From: Octopus vulgaris
Lineage: Eukaryota
Assembly (NCBI GenBank): GCA_951406725.2
Contig: OX597814.1
Location: 17,174,001 to 17,238,000, forward strand
Direction: 5' to 3'
Length of the DNA stretch: 64,000 nucleotides
Below are positions 12,515-27,185 of the stretch, piece by piece (positions within the stretch are counted from its first letter, which is position 1; each line of letters opens with the position of its first letter). Both the position numbers and the translations under genes were made by a program. Under the pieces are notes generated by a model. That model was not told the origin of the DNA and did not search any database. It was given only the letters and a program-made list of their open reading frames with translations.

Positions 12515-12720
12515 ATAGTCAACAGACTATATATAATATACATTCAGCAATATTAAGGAATGGCCTATCAAGGCCATTCCTTAATATTGTTATATATATA
12601 TATATATATGTATACATATAGTCAACAGACTATATATAATATACATTCAGCAATATTAAGGAATGGCCTAAAAAGGCCATTCCTTAATATTGTTATATAT
12701 ATAATATATATGTATACATA
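12515..12720. repeat. tandem duplication of a 103-bp unit, each with a perfect 19-bp-stem hairpin
   Basis: caatattaaggaatggcct-(atca or aaaa)-aggccattccttaatattg at 12548-12589 and 12651-12692. Confidence 0.95.
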
Positions 12721-12724
12721 AATG

Positions 12725-12786
<62 letters not shown>

Positions 12787-12788
<2 letters not shown>

Positions 12789-12985
12789 CGCAGGAGTGGC
12801 TGTGTGGTAAGTAGCTTACTTACCAACCACATGATTCCGGGTTCAGTTACACTGCATGCCATCTTAAACAAGTGTTCCTACTATAACCTCGGCCGACAAA
12901 AGCCTTGTGAGTGGATTTGTTAGACGGAAACTGAAAGAAGCCCGTCGTATATATATTTGTATCTGTGTGTGTGTATTTGTTTGAA
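12787..12985 (+). mobile_element. SINE family C, 5' half
   Basis: Head ggcgcaggagtggctgtgtggtaag...ccgggttcagt followed by the shared body; flanked by (TA)n. Confidence 0.9.
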
Positions 12986-13145
12986 TGTATACGTGTATAT
13001 ATATATAGCTATACAACAGTAATATACATGTAGTCATATATAGACAGAAACAGAGACAACGAAGGGATAGGGAGAAAGATTTCGTGGAGAGATATTACCT
13101 GTATTACAAGTGCATATTCTCATACACTTGTATGCACTTATGTAC

Positions 13146-13221
<76 letters not shown>

Positions 13222-13226
13222 GTATG

Positions 13227-13273
<47 letters not shown>

Positions 13274-13480
13274 ATACGCATATACATGTATGTATATACG
13301 CATGCAGGCATGCATATAAACTCATACTAATGAATACATAGATAAACGAAAACAAATTGTAATCATTGCAGGGGAATTTTCTGTAGAGTGCTAGTGACTT
13401 CGGCAAATAAAAGGAAGTAGGACGTCTGTAGTTTTACACACATGCATGTGTGTATGTGTGTGAGAGAGTGTCTGTGTGTA

Positions 13481-13599
<119 letters not shown>

Positions 13600-13643
13600 A
13601 AATACATCTACATATATGTATATATATATATATCTTTAAATAT

Positions 13644-13686
<43 letters not shown>

Positions 13687-13733
13687 CATATTTATATATA
13701 TGCACCCACGCTCGCACACTCATATGCATATAA

Positions 13734-13773
<40 letters not shown>

Positions 13774-14309
13774 CTGTCTGTGTCTGTGTCTGTGTATATA
13801 TGTATATGTATGTAAAAATGTGTATATGTATATATTTCCGTGTATGTGCGCGCTCACACACATACGCAGCACACTCAAACGCACATAAACATACATTAGC
13901 TTCTTTTTTTCTCTTTTTTTGCTTCTACCGCCAATGTTGGCATAATATAATCCTTTTAATGAACTATCATTAATAACTTCCAACTGCGCCAGCTTTTAAA
14001 CGGAAATGGTTGTAAATTCCCTGAATCCCCAAATGCTCCGATTTTTGCCTATACAACCATCCAAACACATTAACACTAAGGATTATATGCTACTTTTATT
14101 TCAGCATTTACTCACCAGGTGTCTCTTGACTTTTCCGGTTCTTAACACGGAATGAATCTCTGAGTTGTTCTAAGAAAATGTGGAAAAAATACGGGTGAGA
14201 GAAAGAAAAAATGAAAATAAAAATATATATATATATAAAATATGATAAAAATGTATTTAAAACAGAGGATTCGGAAATATCGAAGTAGAATAATAGAAAA
14301 AATTATGAA

Positions 14310-14440
14310 TTTAAAAGTATTGGAGATAAAATTATAACTAGTAAAAATTTATGTAAAATATGTATAATATGCATTTAAAAGTATTGGAGATAAAATTATA
14401 ACTAGTAAAAATTTATGTAAAATATGTATAATATGCATTT
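14310..14440. repeat. tandem duplication of about 64 bp
   Basis: tttaaaagtattggagataaaattataactagtaaaaatttatgtaaaatatgtataatatgca occurs twice. Confidence 0.9.
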
Positions 14441-15265
14441 AAAACAGAAGAGTAAGAAATATACTTTGAGAATATTGTAAAAAAAAATATAGGTAAAATA
14501 TACCTAAATATAATCCAAAAATATATTTCCGAAAAAATGGAGAGGAAGAGAAACAGAGATGAGAAGAAAGATGGAAAGGCAGAAAATGGGTGAGAAAATG
14601 GAGAAAGAAGGAAATGAAAAGGAGAGAGAGTGTAGTTATACAGGAAAAACAAACTGAATGTCTAGCGTGCCATGTGAGAAATATTGTATAGAAAGCTGCG
14701 AGTGTTGAGAAAAATGCTTAAGAGAATAAAGCAGCACTTGAACATATCACCAACAGCATAAACAACTACAACCAACAATATTTTAACCCAAATAAAAGAA
14801 AAATGGTGAAAAAGAACAAGCAGAAAATTCAACGACAACACGAGCAATAATACGAAGAATGGTGAAAATCAAATTTGAAATAGACGAGTTAACACTAACG
14901 AGCGTTGGAAAGTATGTCGAAACATAAAATGGATGCAAACAAACACACATACACACACATAAATACATGCATACGTACACTCATGCACACATATTAAATA
15001 TTTTACTATAATACTAGCATAGTACCCGACAAACATGATGTGGTTTAGTTTTACATGCTTTCAATATTTCTTAATGCTTTTGTTTGAAATCGTGATGCAT
15101 TTCCTATGCGTATTTCATTTATCCTTATTCTACGCATATCTACTCGCACTATCATTATTTCTCCGACTAATAGTATATTTGTTTCTGTTTTTTCTTCATC
15201 GATATATATATATGTGTGTGTTTGTGTATATATATATATATATATATGTATATATTGTGTGTGTG

Positions 15266-15330
<65 letters not shown>

Positions 15331-15367
15331 TTGTGTGTGTATGTATATATATATGTATGTATGTATG

Positions 15368-15426
<59 letters not shown>

Positions 15427-15453
15427 ATATATGTGTGTGTGTATATATATATA

Positions 15454-15829
15454 GGCACAGGAGTGGCTTTGTGGTAAGTAGCTTGCTTACCAGCCACATG
15501 GTTCCGGGTTCAGTCCCACTGCGTGGCACCTTGGGCAAGTGTCTTCTACTATAGCCTCGGGCCGACCAAAGCCTTGTGCGTCGATTTGGTAGACGGAAAC
15601 TGAAAAGAAGCCCGTCGTATTTATGTATATATATATGTGTGTGCGTGTGTTTGTGTGTCTGTGTTTTTGTCCCCCTAGCATTGCTTGACAACCAATGCTG
15701 GTGTGTTTACGTCCCCGTAACTTATCTGTTCGGCAAAAGAGACCGATAGAATAAGTACTAGTATTACAAAGAATGTCCTGGGGTCGATTTGCTCGACTAA
15801 AGGCGGTGCTCCAGCATGGCTGCAGTCAA
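15454..15829 (+). mobile_element. SINE family C, near full length
   Basis: tRNA-like head, ccttgggcaagtgtctt core, internal (TG)n, and tail ggcggtgctccagcatggctgcagtc. Confidence 0.92.
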
Positions 15830-15867
15830 TCTAAACACCAGCAAAATTTGTTGGTGCATAGATGTAT

Positions 15868-16104
15868 ATTTTTTTTATTGCCCACAGGGGGCTAAACACA
15901 GAGGGAGGGGGACAAACAAGGACAGTCAAAGGGATTAAGTCGATTACATCGACTCCGTGCGTAACCGGTACTTATTTAATCGACCCCGAAAGGATAAAAG
16001 ACTAAGTCAACCTCGTCGAAAATTGAACTCACAACGTAAAGATAGACGAAATATTGCTGAGAATTTCGCCCGGTGTGCTAACGTTTCTGCCAACTTGCCG
16101 CCTT
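15868..16104 (-). mobile_element. SINE family D (Nin/Deu-like central domain)
   Basis: Reverse complement of ggcggcaagttggcagaaacgttagc...gaggttgacttagtcttttatcctttcggggtcgattaaataagtacc. Confidence 0.88.
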
Positions 16105-16122
16105 ATCTCCTATAAGTATTAT

Positions 16123-16509
16123 GGAGGCGGAATGGCCCAGTGGTTAGGGCAGCGGACTCGCGGTTGTAGGATCGCGGTTTCGATTCCCAGACCGGGCGTT
16201 GTAAGTGTTTATTGAGCGAAAACACCTAAAGCTCCACGAGGCTCCGGCAGGGGATGGTGGTGATCCCTGCTGTACTCTTTCACCACAACTTTCTCTCACT
16301 CTTACTTCCTGTTTCTGTTGTACCTGTATTTCAAAGGGCCGGCCTTGTCACTCTTTGTGTCACGCTGAATATCCCCGAGAACTACGTTAAGGGTACACGT
16401 GTCTGTGGAGTGCTCAGCCACTTACACGTTAATTTCACGAGCAGGCTGTTCCGTTGATGATTCGGATCAACCGGAACCCTCGTCGTCGTAACCGACGGAG
16501 TGCTTCCCC
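16123..16509 (+). mobile_element. tRNA-derived SINE (head A, tail 1) with 11-bp TSD
   Basis: Box A TGGCCCAGTGG and box B GTTTCGATTCC; TSD ataagtattat at 16112-16122 and 16510-16520. Confidence 0.95.
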
Positions 16510-17235
16510 ATAAGTATTATATTGCTGTTATTGGTTTTTCGTTTTTGTTTTTAATGTCCTACTTGTTATTTAAACCACGTTCTAAAGTCTTTGGTTAACT
16601 TGACCTGGGTTTAACTAAATCTATGATACACCTTTCATTGATTACAAATTTATCGTTAGGGGTGGCTAGGATAATATTAGCCAATGTTTCATTTTATAGT
16701 TAAGATGTAGTCTTTTGTCGTTCCTGATGTTGTTACTGCCGTATTCTTTTTGTTATTTTTTGCCATTCATCAGCTTCGGAGAGCAACTAAAACCATTGCA
16801 TTTGTGATCATTCTCTTTTTTTTTTTTTTGAATTGACAGGTTATCTAAAAATGTATTATCCAATGTAATAGTACTGTTTAGTTTATAAAATGTGGCTGCT
16901 ACTTCTAGTAGCAAAATTAACCACACAGGTAATTATCACGGTGGCTTATGCTTCGTCAATTTTTTTTAAATAGGTATTTGGTTATACTAAAATACAAAGT
17001 AATATGTTAAAATGTTGAACAGCCGGTAACTAGATATTTTTGCCTGTGTTTTATAATAAACATAGTATTTAACTTTTCTATTAAGTAGGTATAATGTCTC
17101 CCTCCGGAATATTACTTATCAGTGTACAAGTATATGTATATTACTTATAGATATATCACGTGTTTTGAGTAGTATAAATCCATTGTAAGATTTTCGTATA
17201 ATGTATTTGTGATTATTTAGATCAGTGCTTGCGAT

Positions 17236-17420
17236 TTTACTTGTTTCAGTCATTTGACTGTGGCCATGCTGCAGCACCGCCTTTTTAGTCGAGCACATCG
17301 GCCCCAGGACGTATTCTTTGTAAGCCTAGTACTTATTCTATCAGTCTCTTTTGCCAAACCACTAAGTTACGGGGACATAAACACAACAGCATCGGTTGTC
17401 AAGCGATGCTGGTGGGGGGG
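17236..17420 (-). mobile_element. SINE family C, 3' half
   Basis: ttttacttgtttcagtcatttgactgtggccatgctg... matches the other copies. Confidence 0.88.
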
Positions 17421-17915
17421 GGGACAAATTGTGGTACAACGTATTGAATAGACTACATCTCAGAACATTTCATGGCAGAGGTTAAAACACCAGTCTGTAC
17501 TATAAATGGCAAATATTTTTATTATATAATCACAGACAAGAAAGGCATTCGGCAAATTTCACTCTTTACAAGATTCTCCTCGAATCTTTTTTCTGCACAT
17601 AAGGAACACAGACGGAAAGACTTCACATTTTTATAAATTCTTTTCACAGCTAAGGCATTCCAAAATATAAATAAATTTCATCCACTATTGTATAGTTATT
17701 TACTGCTTGTCACATAACAGCTGAATATTCTTTGCCATCGATTTAGGAAGGAAATTGCATACATGTACACTGTTAAGTGAAGGTAAACAAATTGTGAAAC
17801 TTTCCTATGTGAAGTTGGTCTTCTTTATGCACGTGAAACAGAAAGAATATGGAAAACAGAAAGTGTGTTTACATTCGTGCATTTCTTACAGCCTAGGATT
17901 TCTCATATTCAAATA

Positions 17916-18299
17916 GGAGGCGCAATGGCACAGTGGTTAGGGCAGCGGACTCGCAGTCGTAGGATCGCGGTTTCGATTCCCAGACCGGGCGTTGTGAGTG
18001 TTTATTGAGCGAAAACACCTAAAAAGCTCCACGAGGCTCCGGCAGGGATGGTGGTGATCCCTGCTGTACTCTTTCACCACAACTTTCTCTCACTCTTACT
18101 TCCTGTTTCTGTTGTACCTGTATTTCAAAGGGCCGGCCTTGTCACTCTCTGTGTCACGCTGAATATCCCCGAGAACTACGTTAAGGGTACACGTGTCTGT
18201 GGAGTGGTCAGCCACTTACACGTTAATTTCACGAGCAGGCTGTTCCGTTGATCGGATCAACCGGAACCCTCATCGTCGTAACCGACGGAGTGCATCCAC
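17916..18299 (+). mobile_element. tRNA-derived SINE (head A, tail 1) with 12-bp TSD
   Basis: Near-identical to 16123-16509; TSD catattcaaata. Confidence 0.95.
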
Positions 18300-18689
18300 C
18301 ATATTCAAATATATTTTAGTCCTTCCATTTTATACTACTTAGTGATTTATATAAATGTGTGTGTTAGTACGAGTGTATGCATAAGATTGACCATGTACGA
18401 ATGCCTGCGCATTTGTGTGTTTGTTTTTATAAGTATTAAAGGAAGAACATATAGAATCAAATATATTTCATGTATTGAGAAGATGCATTACACCATTTAG
18501 TATTAAGTTGTCATTATTTTTTTAGAAGAAGAAGCTAAGGGTATAAGTAATTAATATACGATTGTATTCAAAGCAGAGCTTAAGACCTGGAAAATTGAAC
18601 GATTAACTAATCTTATATACTTTCTTTTGGAAAGACGAATAGTTCTCAGAATATGATTAATATATATATATGTCTGTGTGTGTGTGTGT

Positions 18690-18813
<124 letters not shown>

Positions 18814-18897
18814 ATGTATATGTATATATATATGCACACGCACACATATTATATATATATATATATACATATATATATGTATGTATGTATTTATGTA

Positions 18898-18948
<51 letters not shown>

Positions 18949-19672
18949 CGTGTATATTCATATGTACATGTGCGTGTGTCTGTACATTCGCTTACAAAAT
19001 ACATATATATATAATACATGCATACATAAACACGTATTGGTATACATGAATATAAATTATCTCCTAATAAATAATATGATGAATTTATACATCTTTCATA
19101 TAAATGACACAGTTTCAATAATGAAATTACGGAAAAAAAAAAAGAAACACAGAAAATCATTTAATCATAGATATTACATACTTATCACGTAATATATTTC
19201 GTGTATAAATCTAATTTTATAACTTTGTATAGATTTTTAATGAGTATATGTTTTTATGAATTATGTGTATATGCATTAACCGTGCTTAAGCGAGCGTTTT
19301 TGCTTCTGTATATGCGTTTGTATACAGTGAAAATTACTTTGCTATTATCCTTTAGATATTTTCCCCCCAGAAAATAATTATTCTCATTGGATGTTCAGCA
19401 TGGTGTTTGGGATTCCTCTCTCCTTAACTTGACGAAATTCTTTCGCGCTTTCAATGCTTAGCGTAACCACCTAATTGATGTCTCAAAGTGGTAACACAAA
19501 ATTTATATATAATTTTGCATATAACTATGTTTATGCGTGTGTCGTGAGTGAGATTATATATATATATATATACATACACACACACACATATATATATATA
19601 TTTACGTATGTAAGCATATGTATATATGAATAATCATATATATATATATATATATATATATAATCTGTGGAT

Positions 19673-19718
<46 letters not shown>

Positions 19719-19883
19719 TATTCATATATACATATTCTTACATACGTAAATATATATATATGTGTGTGCTTGTGTGTGTGTGTATGTATATACATATATA
19801 TATATGTATATACATACATATATATGACTGTAGCTGTCCTTGCGTCATGTATGCATGTGTGTGTATATATGTATGTGTGCATG

Positions 19884-19917
<34 letters not shown>

Positions 19918-20473
19918 TATATGTATGTATACATGTATGTATCTATGTATGTATGTGTGAATGCGGTTTCGTTCATGGGAAAGTAAGTATATGATTTCTA
20001 CAACTACACGCATTCAATTTCCTTTTCAGCCTACTTCAATCTGAATCAGTTTTCCAAAAACGTATTAAAATGCATGTTAAATTAATAATGAAATCGCCAA
20101 TTTTATATTGAAATATCATACGTATTTAATAACTCATAATTATTAAGTAATACCATACATTATAATAAAAGTGAATGCAACATAAAAAATAATCTGCGCA
20201 AATTACATTAACACTCATGTTTAGAAAAATATCTTAATTTAAACAGTTGAAAAGCAGCTATTAGATCTAAATTTGCTGATTAATTCGTAAAGCTTGACCA
20301 GCGCTGTGAATCAGTTATGTATTTAGAAAAAAAATGTTGCCCCACCAAATACATACATGGGCACACATAGATTGCAAGCGTGTGTGGATGTGTGTTTGTT
20401 TATAGGTGTGTGTGCGTGCTAGTGAGTATAATATAACTTTCTAACTTTCTCAATACTTTGTCATCTTATACGT

Positions 20474-20569
<96 letters not shown>

Positions 20570-20572
20570 AAA

Positions 20573-20875
<303 letters not shown>

Positions 20876-21391
20876 ATATATATAGAGAGAGAGAAAGAAA
20901 GAGAGTAAGTAAGAGAGAGACAGCGGGGAGAGACAGAAGCCGACAGGCAGACAAACAGGCAAAGTGACCGAGAGAGATAGACAGCCAGACGAACAGATAA
21001 AAACCCGTTAAGTACTTGAGACAGGTAACACGTCTCACTTACAATCTTTTATTACTTTAATACTACATCACCATTTTTCTTTAACTGCACATAGCGTACG
21101 TAAATTTGAATGGAGTCTTTGAAAGAGTGTAATGAGTAGTAATGAGCATTATTGCCTAGAATGTTGCAAAAATGAATTGAAAGAACCAGTGATAGATATT
21201 ATAGAGACTTATGAAATAAATTGCTATACAGATCGGCTGATATATGTTTTTGAATGTCTAATATGTGTTTCCTATGGTGTAATTATTTTACATTCAACAC
21301 AGTATCTCAGAGCAAATCACTTCTCAGGCAAGAACTTCTCTGATATAGAATAAAATATAGTAAGCATATCTCTTTCTCTTTTGCACTTTTC

Positions 21392-21898
21392 AAGCCTAAC
21401 CAGGCTCATGGGCCCGGTTTCTCGGTTTCTGTGGCGTATGTGTTTCCCCCAGCTGGACGGGACACCAGTCCATTGCAGCGTTACTCAAGAAACAGGAAGA
21501 AAGTGAAAGTTGGGGCGAAAGAGTACAACAGGGGTCGCCAACACCCCCAGCTGGAGCCTCGTGGAGCTTTAGGTGTTTTCGCTCAATAAACACTTACAAC
21601 GCCCGGTCTGGGAATCGAAACCATGATCCTCCACACTGGGCCATTGCACCTCCACAAATAAATGCGCTCTTTTAAAGCCTAGCCAGGCTCATGGGCCCGG
21701 TTTCCTGGTTTCAATGGCGTGTGTGTTCCACAGCTGGACGGGACGCCAGTCCATCGCAGCGTTACTCATTTTTGCTAGCTGAGTGGACTCGAGCAACGTG
21801 AAATGAAGTGTTTTGCTCAAGAACACAACATGTCGCTCGGTCCAGGAATCTTACGATCATGATGCTGACAACCTAACCACTAAGCCACGCGCCTCCAC
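21392..21898 (-). mobile_element. tandem SINE pair: head B/tail 2 (21656-21898) then head A/tail 2 (21392-21655)
   Basis: Two copies of tail 2 (ccaggctcatgggcccggttt), each joined to a different tRNA-like head. Confidence 0.88.
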
Positions 21899-22304
21899 AT
21901 AGCATATAGCAAAATAAAATTGTTGTTGCATGTTTAAAACTCTCTACCTTCGTCTGTTGGCTACATTGATTATTGAAGCACAAGATCAGCAGATTTAACC
22001 GTTCGTGCTTAGTGATTTACTTCGACGCAAGTGCTTGATTGATACCATATTTTATCGTTCCATGAGAAATTAAAATGTTGACCAGAACAGGAACGAGAAA
22101 ACTGATCGTAAAACACCAGGGGAAAAACAGTGAGGCATAGTCCTAACGAATCTACCTGTTCGGTACTTTCAAATAAGAATTCATATATATATTGTTTTAT
22201 GATGAAGGCCAAAAGAACCAAAATCCTTTGGTACTTTCAAAGCTACTTGTAACGTGTTGAGATTCGTCAATTTCCAGTTTGACGATTCTAATGTACAACT
22301 ATTC

Positions 22305-22671
22305 TTTTATTCTTTTACTTGTTTCAGTCATTTGACTGCGGCCATGCTGGAGTACCGCCTTTTTAGTCGAACAAATCAACCCCAGGACTTATTCTTTGTA
22401 AGCTTAGTACTTATTCTATCGGTCTATTTTGCTGAACCGCTAAGTTACGGGAACGTAAACACAGCAGCATCGGTTGTCGAGCGATGTTGGGGGGACAAAC
22501 ACAGACACACAAACATATACACACACATATATATGTACGACGGGCTTCTTTCAGTTTCCATCTACCAAATCCACTCACCAAGCTTTGGTCGGCCCGGGGC
22601 TATAGTAGAAGACACTTGCCCAAGGTACCACGCAGTGGGACTGAACCTGGAACCATGTAGTTGGTAAGCAA
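22305..22671 (-). mobile_element. SINE family C
   Basis: Colinear with 15454-15829. Confidence 0.92.
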
Positions 22672-23164
22672 AAACATGAATGCACGTATGAGTGCTTGTG
22701 CATGTGTGTATATTTGCTTTAGGTATACATGTCTGTGTTTCTTTGTGTGCAGTTTCAGTATTGTTAAATGATTAAAAAGTTCATCTCACAAATACGAGAT
22801 GCCAGATTAGAGCTAACTCCATGCCATTTTAGATAGGTGTTATTTTCTACTAATTCGGAGCCTCTAATCCAATACACTTATAATCCAAAAGGTTTATCTT
22901 TGTTCCACACAAAGAGCGTGACACAGTGTGTTACGCTCTGTCTGTCTGCTACATATCTCTATCGAATATCTCGTTAGTTACTTGATAATTAAGAAGGGGT
23001 CATTCATTTCCCCAAACAACAGATTCTGTATCATAAACGACGAAGAACCACAATCCCCACCAACACCGTCATCACCACCAAACATGTAAACACACACACA
23101 CACAAAAACACGCACAGAGAAAAACACACACACACATTGTGATATATATATATATATATATATA

Positions 23165-23724
23165 TCACCGTGACCGACCAGGCGATCAGATGTTACACAT
23201 CGCTGGTCACAATGCGCTTCGCATTGTTTTAGCCTTCAAATGACGCCACCCCACTGGCTAAGAGAGCAGGCCAACAGAAGAAAGAGGGAGAGAAAGTTGT
23301 GGCAAGAGAGTACAGCAGGGATCACCAACACCCCCTGCCGGAGCCTAGTAGAGCTTTAGGTGTTTTCGCTCAATACACACTCACAACGCCCGGTCTGGGA
23401 ATTGAAACCGCGATCCTACAACCGCGAGTCCACTGCCCTAACCACTGGGCCATTGCGCCTCCACATATATATAAATGCGCCCTTTTAAAGCCAAGCCAGC
23501 CAGGCTCATGGGCTCGGTTTCCCGGTTTCTATGGCGTATGTGTTCCCTAGCAAGACGGGACGCCAGTCCATCGCAGCGTTATTGAATTTTTGGCAGCTGA
23601 GTGGACTAGAGCAACGTGAAATGAAGTATTTTGCTCAAGAACACAACGCGTCGCCCGGTCCAGGAATCGAAACCACAATCTTACGATCGTGATGCTGACA
23701 CCTTAATCACTAAGCCACTCGCCA

Positions 23725-23727
<3 letters not shown>
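23165..23727 (-). mobile_element. tandem SINE pair: head B/tail 2 (23470-23727) then head A/tail 3 (23165-23464)
   Basis: Same B-then-A order as 21392-21898, but the A monomer has a different 3' tail. Confidence 0.88.
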
Positions 23728-23775
<48 letters not shown>

Positions 23776-23784
23776 CTCTTTTTA

Positions 23785-24299
<515 letters not shown>

Positions 24300-24319
24300 T
24301 ATATGACGAGTGTTCCTAT

Positions 24320-24580
24320 TGATTCGATCAGCGAAACAGTTTGCATGTGAAATTAACGCGCAAGTGTATCCTTATCGTGGTTCTCAAGGAGATTCAATAT
24401 GACAGAGGATGTGACAAAGCTGTCTCTTTGAAATATAGGTGCGACTGATATATACCAGCTCAGTAAATTACAGCAACGAGAAATATAGCGTCCTGGTCAA
24501 GAGCACGACGTGCCACTGGGAATTGGAGTCACGACCGTAATATCGTGAGACGCCGAATACCCAAATCACTGAGCTAAGCT
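24320..24580 (-). mobile_element. old degenerate SINE (head B-like, tail 1)
   Basis: gtgaaattaacgcgcaagtg, gtgacaaagctgtctctttgaaata and caagagcacgacg resemble 39117-39436 reversed. Confidence 0.65.
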
Positions 24581-24849
24581 CATATGTATATATTATACAT
24601 CTATAAATGTGATACACACACAAAGATAGATAGATGGATAGGTATGTAAATATATACAACAGTATGTATGTATGCATGTATGTATGCATGTATGTATGTA
24701 TGTATGATTATATATATAAACACGCAAGCGCTCACACAGTCATATATATGTGTGTGTGTGTGTGTGTATGACTGTATGTATATGTATATATGACTATATA
24801 TATGTGTGTGTATATATATATATATTTGACTATATATATATGTATCTAT

Positions 24850-24900
<51 letters not shown>

Positions 24901-24982
24901 TATGTGTGTGTGTATGTGTGCGTGTATATGTATATAAATTAGAAAAAAATATATATATATATATATATATATATGTGTTTAT

Positions 24983-25040
<58 letters not shown>

Positions 25041-26152
25041 ATATATATATATGTGTGTGTTTGTGTTTATGACTATATATATATATATATGTGTGTATGT
25101 ATGTGTGTGTGCGCATTTACATATATACACACGTGCACACATACAGAAATGCAGACATGTAGCCAAGCAGATGTTACTTTGTTGATTTACATCAACATTC
25201 CTTTTGTGACGAGTTCCTCTGCTGAGTGCAGAACATATATGCTGACGTCGGACGTTAGCGCATAAGGTGAGTTAAGACAAACAATCGACGCTTTTAATAG
25301 ACATGTCTCTTGTCTTGTTTGGCGCTTTTATAACATGTTGTATTTGATGAGAAGCTATATCTTGTATTAAAGGCTGAAACAACGCGATACCTTCTTTCTA
25401 GTTAATAAGAATGACATACTGCGGATGAAAGAAAAAGGGTGTGAGAAACAGTGAGCAAGAGAGAGAAACATAGAGACGGAGCCAGACGAGAGAAGGGAGT
25501 GAGAGATTGTGTTGTATCTGAGATCTTTTAATGAAACCACAAACAAAGGATTGTTTCTACAATATCTTATGAGAAAATAACGTTTGCTAGATAATCTGCA
25601 ATAAATGAATAATATGATGTTGGGATAAAATCAATTTTTTTTTAATTGTATTGTTTTCTTTTTCCTAGTTTGTTGTTTTAGTTTTATTGTTCGTTTTGTA
25701 AATATTAGCTTTCAAAGCCATCTACGGCAACGACCATATTCTATGTAACTACTTATATTGGCAAACATATCTTTATATACATACATACACACATGCTTGC
25801 AAGCATGCATACATACATACATAACTACATACATACATACATACATACATACATACATACATACACACATACATACATACATACATGCGTACATACATAC
25901 ATATGTGTAAATAGATATGTGTATATACGGTCAGTAAACATTGGTACTGACAAACTCCCATACGCTGAAACATGATCGCACATACAAATGCGCTGACGAA
26001 CACGTGTGGACATACATACACACGCATATCCACATATATACAGATATATGCACATATAGAAACATATATAAATGCATATATCTGCTTCCATATGTGTCCG
26101 CATGCGTGTATATATATATATATATATATATATAAATATATATGTATATATG

Positions 26153-26290
<138 letters not shown>

Positions 26291-26348
26291 CGTATATATA
26301 TGTAGGTATTTATATGATAGTAGCATAGATATATATATATATATATAT

Positions 26349-26381
<33 letters not shown>

Positions 26382-27035
26382 GAGGTAGACAGTCAGGCAG
26401 ACATGCAGATTGACACATAGATAGATTGATAGATATATGAACATATTTATGCGTATACACATTCGAACATAGTTGAATGCATATATACAACGCGTGGGTT
26501 TGCATACATGCATACATACATACATACATACATACATACATACATACATACATACATACATACATACATACATACATACATACATACATACATACATACA
26601 TGAGTCAAAGTTATATATATATGTAACTCAAAATAAGAAGTCTTTATAGTGTAGCTATTCGTAACTTTGGATACAGACAACTGAAGAATTCACAAGCAGA
26701 AAATTCGAAAGAACATCTGCTAACGTCATTTATTTGAATCTATATATATTCATTGGCGCAATGTGCTTTTGCGTAAGTGGGTATTGTGGAAGCATAAATA
26801 TTTTGTTCTTTTCCCCGCAATTCTTGGTATTCTTGTTTCCTTTGATAACATCAGTACATTATCGAATTTATTCTCGTATGTTATACAGGATATACGCATA
26901 CATATATCCATGTATGTGCATATGTGTATTGACAGATGGTTCAAGTACAATTCCGTGGTGGTGGTGGTAAGAAAACGCCACAAATATTCTTAGTTTTTTC
27001 AGGCTAAAAAGTTGGCAAATAGCTATTTGCCACTT

Positions 27036-27185
27036 ATTCGTCCTGATGAAAGGAAGCAGCCTTATAGTATTGTCTCTGTGTCCATGTACCGGTTGCTTAT
27101 CCAATAATTTTTTCAAATTCCATCTACTAGTTATGAACATTACGACTGTTACGTAATTCCGAATACCTTGAAACAGCTGTCGAGT
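27036..27185 (+). ncRNA. hammerhead-like motif with about 110-nt insertion in stem II and damaged stem I
   Basis: attcgtc-CTGATGA-AAGG...CCTT-GAAA-CAGCTGTC^gagt, with palindromic stem III ACAGCTGT and a GUC site. Confidence 0.55.

Noticed and set aside
12515-12720. CRISPR-like repeat-spacer array
   Set aside because: Only two units with near-identical intervening sequence, in a eukaryotic context with no cas genes.
16123-16200. tRNA gene calls at SINE heads
   Set aside because: A and B boxes are present, but each continues into a SINE body with TSDs and no proper cloverleaf is evident.
16205-16457. Recurrent MVVIPAVLFHHNF ORF (also 18048, 54206, 56954)
   Set aside because: Lies inside SINE copies; recurrence reflects the repeat, not a gene family.
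26675-26725. CTGAAGA...CGAAA hammerhead-like spacing (similar weak cases near 660-705, 10445 and 58485)
   Set aside because: Stems I and III do not form; compatible with chance or heavy decay.
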